Of a stretch of DNA of 64,000 nt, positions 60,801-64,000 are shown one piece after another. Numbering within the stretch: position 1 is the first letter of the stretch; every line of letters begins with the position of its first letter. Location: contig NC_042997.1 in NCBI RefSeq assembly GCF_006345805.1, forward strand, positions 100,130,001-100,194,000, written 5' to 3'. This DNA comes from Octopus sinensis (Eukaryota). The notes under the pieces are model-generated. The model worked only from the letters and a program-made list of their open reading frames with translations. It did not search any database and was not told the DNA's origin. The position numbers were made by a program, and so were the translations under genes.

Positions 60801-62658
60801 GTAGCTAAACAGTTAAACATTCAAATCACAAAATACAAATAATGCAAACTGAAAAACAGGTACTAAAATTAAAATTACTCAATGTAAAGGAAAATTTGGA
60901 AGGAGTTTCATTTAAATTTTAAATGAAAATGGCCAAATATCAGAAAACAGCTACAAGAAATTTTTTAAGAAAAATTCCTGTCAACAAGAATCAGCTGCTA
61001 GTTAAGTAAATAAACAGTTCTTACATTTGTAAACTTAGAAAAGCTCTAGGATAGTAATGAGCTCAAGTCCTATTCGATTTGACCATGTCAAAAATGTCAA
61101 GTCATCATTCAACAAATTCTGACACAGCCATGACAAAATGAACAGATACATTACGCTAAACGACGATGATGATGATGATGACATTATATATACTGTTGCA
61201 TACATTCTTTATTTTCTGACTCAAGTACTTTTGTCTGTTAAATCTGCATTTAATGTGAGTTTCAACAAGAACTTTGATATTCTTTATAATTAGAGTATAG
61301 ATATGTGCATGGTTACATGCCTTGTCCGTTTTTAACACACATACACTGTTTTATAACTAGTTTCTTTTTAAGCAATTATTTATCCACAAACTCGAATACA
61401 CATACACAAGGTATGTATTGTTAGTTTGTGGGTTGGATGTGGTTTTTAGGCATAATATTTTCTCAATGTGCCGGTGTAAAAAACACCTGAAAGTAATTCA
61501 CAGCCAGGTGTTTTTTTTAACCAAGTGCATAGAGAATATATTCTCTTATACCTAAAAACCACAGCTGGCCCATGAACTAACAATACACATACTTTGTGTA
61601 TGTGTGTTCGATTTTGTTTATATATATAGGCGCAGGAGTGGCTGTGTGATCAGTAGCTTGCTTACCAACCACATGGTTCTGGGTTCATTCCCACTGCGTA
61701 GCACCTTGGGCAAATGTCTTCTACTATAGTCTTGGGCTGACCAAAGCCTTGTGAGTGGATTTGGTAGACGGAAACTGAAAGAAGCCCATCGTATGTATGA
61801 ATGTATGTATGTGTGTGTCCCTGTCTGTCTGTCTGTATGTGTGTGTGTATGTTTGTGTGTGTCTCCCCAACATCATTTCACAACTGATGGTGGTGTGTTT
61901 ACGTCCCCGTAACTTAGCGGTTCGGCAAAAGTGACCAATAGAATAAGTACTAGGCTTACAAAGAATAAGTCATGGGGTTGATTTGCTTGACTAAAGGTGG
62001 TGCTCCAGCATGGCCGCAGTCAAATGACTGAAACAAGTAAAAGAGTATACCTTGAGCTGCTTCTAATTCATATTTGAATCATTTATCAAAGGAAGCTAAG
62101 AATTTTGTTGACATTTTAAAGCAGCTGGTACCGGGTTACATTAAACTGATATTGATATATTCACACCTATCTAGCTGTCTAAACTCCAATCAACATGCTT
62201 CTGGCTGGGACACACAGCAGTTTTATAGCTCTCATTTCTGCTGACACACTTTTAATGACTGGTATGCCCAGGCAAAAGTGTCCAAGTCTACAAAAACTGG
62301 ACTTGTGCTGCACTGTTAAAACAATTGTCAATACAAAGGTTATCAAGTTTCAAAAACTTCAGCTTCCAATCTCATGAAATGCAGTTTCTAGAATTGTAAT
62401 ACCTACAAAAGTATTCTATTTTGAAAGAATCCAATCTTTGATAGCGTGATACTTGAAGTTAACTTTTTATAAACAATAAATAAATTGATAATTTACCCTT
62501 TTACGGGAAGCTGGGGTAGGAGTATATTTTTTCTTCTTAGCTTGTACAGCAGATGAACTAGGATCTATGTCCATGGCAGACTCTGTTAAAAGGGTGCTCG
62601 ATGCTGTAGGTGACTTTGAAACAGGGTCTGATGCTGCTGAGCAATCAGACACCTGTTG
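32441..62658 (-). CDS. KDM6A: Lysine-specific demethylase 6A / UTX (JmjC H3K27 demethylase), 14 exons in window, 5' part outside
   Basis: Exons join in frame (2466 nt) and give the UTX signatures [96 protein letters not shown] and [12 protein letters not shown]. Confidence 0.97.
34616..34742 (-). CDS. KDM6A: KDM6A exon 13 (SFLMKSLRQ...[17 protein letters not shown])
   Basis: 127 nt, phase 2 to 0, ag/gt boundaries. Confidence 0.93.
35090..36310 (+). mobile_element. Old CR1/Jockey-like LINE RT remnant
   Basis: Fragments [14 protein letters not shown] and [11 protein letters not shown] resemble RT motifs (DISKAFD, SGVPQGSVL); many frameshifts. Confidence 0.65.
37238..37422 (-). CDS. KDM6A: KDM6A exon 12 ([12 protein letters not shown]...MLFEVIK)
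   Basis: 185 nt, phase 0 to 2, ccag|GGC ... CAA|gtaagt. Confidence 0.96.
38145..39725 (-). mobile_element. Older RTE LINE copy (endonuclease to start of RT), internally deleted, lacking its 3' end
   Basis: ORF fragments [18 protein letters not shown] and [18 protein letters not shown] parallel the 40023-44600 copy. Confidence 0.9.
40572..42941 (-). CDS. RTE ORF segment: C-terminal endonuclease half and reverse transcriptase (no own ATG; TE-encoded)
   Basis: Frame is open from [16 protein letters not shown] (42941) through the 716-aa track ORF; resumes in the same frame after the TGA ([11 protein letters not shown]...). Confidence 0.9.
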   Translation of the reverse strand, partial: VGRESGIFTGVHGGYGIGTRNDEGTRLLEFCDACNLTICNTNFKKPVCHLITYQSGDSASQIDFILTRQRDAGLLLNTKTLPGEECIPQHRLIISDFKLEARRTPRNKPIQKRRIWRLKNPSHGQKFRDILIKKFDEREEELQTSDIEGSWEFLRDSLLSATDRVCGWCKVPSRPRITWWWNSAVDKAICKKRRAWKAWKDGGSRELYQIAKREAGRQVYIAKDVAEKKKFANVQRREDQRAEVFRIARQCVRENSDVIGEKCVRMDDGALAFTASEKKEAWRSHYERLLNEENEWEEESLPNVDPVEGPATRIDSSLVDKAIKDMKPGKAPGLSGITAEMLKTAGYVGYTIVTRIVNQVVHNGVIPNDWCSSTIVNCYKGKGDALDRNNYRGIKLLDQVMKVSEKVITHLIRERICLDEMQFGFVPGRSTTDAIFLVRQLQEKYLAKDKPLYIAFVDLEKAFDRVPRSLIWWSMRKLEIEEWLIRAVQALYREAVSKVRIGNEYSEEFRVEVGVHQGSALSPLLFIIVLQAITEEFKTECPWELLYADDLALIAESLPELEEKFRVWKQGLESKGLRINVAKTKVLVSSKRYSAHTPSGRWPCSICRKGTGRNSIRCTQCKLWTHKRCSNIKGKLTDKIAFMCGRCTGTIDTTDTQKTDSITLQGEKLEVVDSFRYLGDQVSSGGGCTESITTRIRIAWAKFRKLLPLLATKGLSLRAKGRLYDACVRTAMLHGNETWAVTAEDMSRLERNEASMIRWMCSVSVHARQSVSILREMLDIRSIRCGVQE
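42944..44214 (-). mobile_element. Nested RTE-type 3' UTR insertion with internal 62-bp and 341-bp tandem duplications
   Basis: Splits the host GDFNG|HVG; has its own (GAT)n tail at 42944; no TSD. Confidence 0.9.
44215..44589 (-). CDS. RTE ORF segment: N-terminal AP-endonuclease half (TE-encoded)
   Basis: [19 protein letters not shown]...IISAYAPQ...VGGDFNG. Confidence 0.88.
44796..44832. repeat. Perfect 18-bp inverted repeat with a 1-nt spacer
   Basis: ATAGCTTTTGTTGTGAGT-G-ACTCACAACAAAAGCTAT. Confidence 0.95.
44950..45094 (-). CDS. KDM6A: KDM6A exon 11 ([12 protein letters not shown]...GTVHWVQAI)
   Basis: 145 nt, phase 2 to 0; carries the distal Fe-binding His. Confidence 0.97.
45353..45467 (-). 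CDS. KDM6A: KDM6A exon 10 ([22 protein letters not shown]...LCEK)
   Basis: 115 nt, phase 1 to 2; carries the HxE motif. Confidence 0.97.
45878..46102 (+). mobile_element. RTE-type 3' tail, antisense to KDM6A
   Basis: Common tail motif and GATGATGATGAT end. Confidence 0.8.
47290..47389 (-). CDS. KDM6A: KDM6A exon 9 ([13 protein letters not shown]...GSRTPG)
   Basis: 100 nt, phase 0 to 1. Confidence 0.97.
48477..48579 (-). CDS. KDM6A: KDM6A exon 8 ([19 protein letters not shown]...LPVFTR)
   Basis: 103 nt, phase 2 to 0. Confidence 0.96.
49150..49400 (+). mobile_element. Mariner transposase remnant
   Basis: [16 protein letters not shown] and FYATGINRL...QKYVESNG resemble the mariner catalytic and C-terminal segments. 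Confidence 0.55.
49487..49560 (-). CDS. KDM6A: KDM6A exon 7 ([25 protein letters not shown])
   Basis: 74 nt, phase 0 to 2. Confidence 0.92.
51273..52505 (-). mobile_element. 5'-truncated decayed RTE LINE
   Basis: Reverse complement has the (GAT)n tail, tandem units and an RT C-terminus colinear with 40570-41160. Confidence 0.88.
52534..52665 (-). CDS. KDM6A: KDM6A exon 6 (RQQPPDEN...[16 protein letters not shown])
   Basis: 132 nt, phase 0 to 0. Confidence 0.96.
53110..53180 (-). CDS. KDM6A: KDM6A exon 5 ([24 protein letters not shown])
   Basis: 71 nt, phase 1 to 0. Confidence 0.96.
54502..54601 (-). CDS. KDM6A: KDM6A exon 4 ([16 protein letters not shown]...GLAGALKL)
   Basis: 100 nt, phase 0 to 1. 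Confidence 0.96.
55596..55708 (-). CDS. KDM6A: KDM6A exon 3 ([16 protein letters not shown]...PPTPSVY)
   Basis: 113 nt, phase 1 to 0. Confidence 0.95.
56345..56480 (+). mobile_element. Mariner transposase N-terminal remnant
   Basis: [22 protein letters not shown] resembles the mariner N-terminal HTH start. Confidence 0.5.
57135..57533 (+). mobile_element. Young RTE 3' UTR with about 4 tandem units and a tail, antisense to KDM6A
   Basis: CpG-rich GCACCATCCGTTCGTG.CCGTT.GCCAGC units plus the common tail and (GAT)n. Confidence 0.88.
58103..58640 (-). CDS. KDM6A: KDM6A exon 2 of window (low-complexity linker ending [18 protein letters not shown])
   Basis: 538 nt, phase 0 to 1; its end matches the UTX pre-JmjC motif. 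Confidence 0.9.
59540..60440 (-). mobile_element. Old decayed RTE LINE fragment
   Basis: Reverse complement contains remnants of YADDL, SFCYLG and the tail. Confidence 0.6.
61386..61616. mobile_element. Fold-back MITE (about 105-bp arms, about 15-nt spacer)
   Basis: CGAATACACATACACAAGGTATG...AAAAAACACCTG pairs with CAGGTGTTTTTT...CATACTTTGTGTATGTGTGTTCG. Confidence 0.75.
61629..62045 (+). mobile_element. Full-length major tRNA-derived CORE-like SINE
   Basis: GGCGCAGGAGTGGCTGTGTG (A box), GGTTCATTCCC (B-box-like), GCACCTTGGGCAAATGTCTT core, internal (TG)n/(TATG)n, GAAACAAGTAAAAGAG end. Confidence 0.88.
62497..62658 (-). CDS. KDM6A: KDM6A exon 1 of window ([13 protein letters not shown]...[14 protein letters not shown])
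   Basis: 162 nt, phase 0 to 0, ctcttcacag|CAA ... AGG|gtaaat; low complexity, assigned by position and phase. Confidence 0.75.
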
Positions 62659-62834
62659 CTGTGAAGAGAACAATAAAATTCAACAAAATTCAATTATTTA
62701 GAATGAAAATAAAGAATATAATAAATAACTGGATAAAATATAATAGTTTTTAATAATTATTTTAAATTTTTGATTTGTACATTTGTGACAAAAAAATTCA
62801 AGGTTTAAAATACTAATTTTGACAAGACCAGTAA

Positions 62835-63170
62835 TTTCAGGGGAGAGGGTAAGTTGACTACATTGAGCCCAGTACTTAACTAGTATTTACATGTTGAACC
62901 ATTAATCCCTACACATTTTTTCCCTTCTTAATCCTTTCTGTCAAAGTGTGTGTGCTAGAAACATCAAATACTTTTCCATTCTTCCCAAACGTTAGACTAA
63001 TACACTTGTCTTTGTCTTTCTGTAAATTTGAGCTATTTATATCATCTATCCTGAAAGGATGAAAAGTAAAGCTGACCTCAGTAGAATTTGAACCTGTAAT
63101 GTAAGGATGGATGAAACACCACTAAGCATTTTGTCTGGTGTGCTAACAATTCTGTCAGTTTTTCACCTTC
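62835..63170 (-). mobile_element. Decayed Meta-like SINE split by another insertion
   Basis: Two halves (62835-62890, 63035-63170) match the reverse complement of 18988-19203. Confidence 0.55.
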
Positions 63171-64000
63171 ACCTTTCAAGATTTAAATTATTAATTACTT
63201 TTTATTAAGCATAAGGCATTTATAATTTGTAAACAGAATGGACAGAGCTGTTTGTATTGGAACCTTATATATGAATGGTTCTTATTTCATTGACCACTGA
63301 AATATGAAAGGCAAAGTTTAACCCTAGGAAGAGTGGTGTGAAACTCAAGACATTAAATCTTTTTAGTTAGAAGGGAAGGGCAGTGCCCATGACTCTTTAT
63401 AGGGCTTTCAAGACTGATAGGAAGACAGAAGGAAGATATTTTCAAAGTGAAGCTCTGGCTAAAATGCTTGTAACAGAGGGGACACAACTAAAGGCGATGT
63501 TAAACCAGTCAATGGATTAACTCTACCATTCAAAGCCACATTAAGATACACTATAACATCTACTCCAGCTTTTTACTTGTGTTAATATCCTTAAAGATTC
63601 CAACTAATTAATCATGTAGATGTAACTTGATATTTGAAGAAATATAAAATTGTTTTTCCACACATAGAAATAAACATATTGCACTCTATACAAATAATAG
63701 CATATAATCATGGGTGTCATTTTCAAAGAAGCTGTAGCTTTCATGAGGTTGGCTGTCTTTAAGCAATTTTATAGATTATAATTATTGGTAACAACCAATG
63801 CCTTTCCCCCAAATAATTATAATATATGAACAGTTCTTTTATTTTCCATTTCTTGTGATGTATAAGAAACCAGCAGGAGACCTTAGGAGTAGAACTGAGC
63901 CAACTGGTAAGAAACTTTGGAGTAGATCGAGAACCAGATAGTTGGACAATATCCATAGTCTCAATTGGTCACACTTGGGAATACAGCCAGAAAGTCTAAT

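Noticed and set aside
63759-64000. Further KDM6A exon at the right edge
   Set aside because: No splice-bounded, phase-compatible frame with TPR similarity; looks like old repeat sequence.

Overview
AT-rich animal genomic DNA. The SINE/LINE/MITE families look like those of octopus (coleoid cephalopod); this is recognition from memory, not a database result. Main gene: the 3' two-thirds of a KDM6A/UTX H3K27 demethylase on the minus strand. I reconstructed 14 phase-consistent GT-AG exons by hand (62658 down to 32441; 2466 nt, 821 aa plus stop), covering the JmjC domain (GHQE...VHWV), the Zn module (CNDC...CLNC) and a poly-Q/poly-S tail; the TPR exons lie beyond the window. A second, unidentified minus-strand gene has a large Ser-rich first coding exon (3488-2374), an overlapping uORF and a CpG-rich promoter with three CCAAT boxes and an E2F/CHR-type element. 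The rest is mobile DNA: a nearly intact RTE LINE with a nested insertion, many RTE 3' tails, tRNA-derived SINEs, TTAA-flanked MITEs, a Helitron-like element, and mariner, RTEX and CR1-like remnants. The most unusual signal is a set of minimal hammerhead-ribozyme motifs from several repeat families, including a tRNA-headed SINE with a hammerhead near its 3' end (11402-11618, second copy 5152-5280). Every copy here is mutated, so activity is inferred only for the consensus. No rRNA, bona fide tRNA or CRISPR array is seen. Repeat boundaries are approximate.
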